27,092 nt of DNA, taken from NCBI GenBank assembly GCA_964530955.1, contig CAZHCL010000006.1:1-27092 (forward strand). Direction: 5' to 3'. A program made the position numbers and the translations under genes. The notes beneath the pieces are model-generated. The model saw nothing but the letters and a program-made list of their open reading frames with translations, ran no database searches and had not been told where the DNA came from. Shown in pieces: positions 25,690 to 27,092 of the stretch; within the stretch, counting starts at the first letter, position 1; every line of letters begins with the position of its first letter. The stretch comes from Candidatus Woesearchaeota archaeon. Its GTDB lineage: Archaea > Nanobdellota > Nanobdellia > Pacearchaeales > GW2011-AR1.

Positions 25690-26334
25690 TTAATGCAGTA
25701 AAGTCATGGCATATACTGTGAATATTAGGGTTATAACTGCTAATATGCTGTAAAGTATTCTTGATCCGAAGAATATTTGTGTGCCGTCCAAATTTGACAC
25801 TGGAATCATATTCCAGAAGGCATAAAATGTTGCCATCTTTGCTAAATATTCCAGGTTAGTTGGAAGGAAATAGGATATTACTGTGAGAAGAAGCAACGCT
25901 ACTATTCCTGATGCTCCTATAATTCCATTATGCCAGTCAGTCATTTCAGTATAGCTGTAAAGTCCAAACCTTTTTGCAGCTCTTGCTTTCAATGCTCTTG
26001 TTTCATAGGTCAAAATAGCTGAAAATTTCAAAAGTCCCCAACTGAATAAAGTTAAAATAAGAGGAAGGATTATCCCTGCAGAAACTGGTTTGTCGAAATG
26101 CCAGCTCTTTGCCCACCCATATCTATAAACTTTCCATAACTCATGTTCTACGTCAGAGTCGAGCATGTAGGCTACTAATTTTTTTGAGAAAACTGCAACT
26201 AGAATAATTATTGCTGAAAATAGAAGAACTTTCGCCAGTGCAGATAAATCTCCAATGATAATAAATGAAAAACCGAACACTGCTGTAAGAATTATTATTG
26301 CTGCTAGAATATTAAATACTTCAGATTTTCTCAT
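25690..26334 (-). CDS. Site-2 protease (M50)-like membrane protein lacking HExxH
   Basis: C-terminal FWNMIPVSNLDG (NxxPxxxLDG) and GIIGASG; no HExxH anywhere in the translation. Confidence 0.65.
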   Translation of the reverse strand: MRKSEVFNILAAIIILTAVFGFSFIIIGDLSALAKVLLFSAIIILVAVFSKKLVAYMLDSDVEHELWKVYRYGWAKSWHFDKPVSAGIILPLILTLFSWGLLKFSAILTYETRALKARAAKRFGLYSYTEMTDWHNGIIGASGIVALLLLTVISYFLPTNLEYLAKMATFYAFWNMIPVSNLDGTQIFFGSRILYSILAVITLIFTVYAMTLLH

Positions 26335-26493
26335 ACATTTTATAATAACTCTCTTTATATAAACATTATGATAATTTTTGTATATTTTGTTCTTTAGAAT
26401 CTATTTTTACTAAAATTTTTGATTATTTTTTAATCTGCAAAATATATTTTTAAGAAACGCAAAGTATAAATACTGATTAAAATAGATTTTATC

Positions 26494-26805
26494 ATGTTAA
26501 GAATAAAAAATATAAGTGAGGTGATTGGGAAGAAGGTTTACACTGCTGAAGGAGACTTTTTCGGCTTTGTTGAAGAAGTTAATTTATATGATAATAGGAT
26601 TGATGGATGGAAAATAAGAGTAAGTTCTGGATTTATGAGTTCCCTGGGAGGAGCAAGAGGAGTAGTAATTCCACATCAGTTTGTGAAAGCTATTGGAGAT
26701 GTGGTTGTGGTTACAAAGGCTTCACTTCCTGCAAAAGATGATGGCGCAGATATGCTAGATATGAGTGATGGTTCTACTGGTGCTGCTGAAGAAGAGTTGG
26801 CTTAA
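26494..26805 (+). CDS. PRC-barrel domain protein (possibly CdpB-like)
   Basis: VIGKKVYTAEGDFFGFVEEV...GARGVVIPHQFVKAIGDVVVV; TATAAATA at 26465-26472. Confidence 0.85.
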   Translation: MLRIKNISEVIGKKVYTAEGDFFGFVEEVNLYDNRIDGWKIRVSSGFMSSLGGARGVVIPHQFVKAIGDVVVVTKASLPAKDDGADMLDMSDGSTGAAEEELA

Positions 26806-26904
26806 TTTTTAATAAATTAGTTATAATTAATAATCTTGGTTTTATTTTGTGATTTTTACAAGAAAGAGCAGAAGATTTAAATACATGCAAGCAGAATAAA
26901 AACA

Positions 26905-27092
26905 ATGGCTTATACTTCCATATTTGCGAGCGACCTTGGACAGGCAGTCCTTGCTTTTCTTCTTGTTTTTACTTTAGTTTTTGCAGTACTTCAAAAGTCT
27001 AAAGTTCTTGGTGATGGAAAAAAGCAGATTGATGCTTTGATTGCTCTTGCAGTTGGGTTGATTGTTATTTCTGTTGGTTCTGCAATGGATTT
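26905..27092 (+). CDS. Membrane protein, 3'-truncated by the window end
   Basis: ATG 26905, open to the end: MAYTSIFASDLGQAVLAFLLVFTLVFAVLQKSKVLGDGKKQIDALIALAVGLIVISVGSAMD; two hydrophobic helices. Confidence 0.7.
   Translation, partial: MAYTSIFASDLGQAVLAFLLVFTLVFAVLQKSKVLGDGKKQIDALIALAVGLIVISVGSAMD

Noticed and set aside
1-27092. tRNA, rRNA or mobile-element genes
   Set aside because: No cloverleaf or T-loop GTTCRA context, rRNA signature, transposase, integrase or terminal repeats were recognised in the intergenic gaps.

Overview
AT-rich archaeal chromosomal segment in the standard genetic code. The gene set and compact style suggest a DPANN lineage such as Pacearchaeota/Woesearchaeota (inference). 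The centre is a replication locus: a candidate oriC (AT-rich core flanked by ORB-like boxes, about 6610-6990) directly upstream of orc1/cdc6 - PolD DP1 - a small NDT-fold-like ORF - PolD DP2. Around it are Lhr helicase + metallophosphoesterase, two PRC-barrel genes, a TctA-like permease, a RelBE-type toxin-antitoxin pair, tyrS, a PQ-loop transporter, a TGS GTPase, an M16 peptidase, a DedA/glycosyltransferase cluster, a Hef helicase and ERCC4 nuclease encoded as two genes, and an S2P-like membrane protein. The most unusual part is 140-2350. Two convergent, apparently paralogous coiled-coil/low-complexity linker/winged-helix genes carry DNA repeat motifs inside their own coding sequences (one motif family also lies upstream). 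One of them embeds a 21-bp box that matches an oriC ORB at 18/21 positions including the G-string. This is a candidate origin-associated DNA-binding (initiator-titration, second-origin or segregation) system. All family calls come from motif recognition, not database searches.
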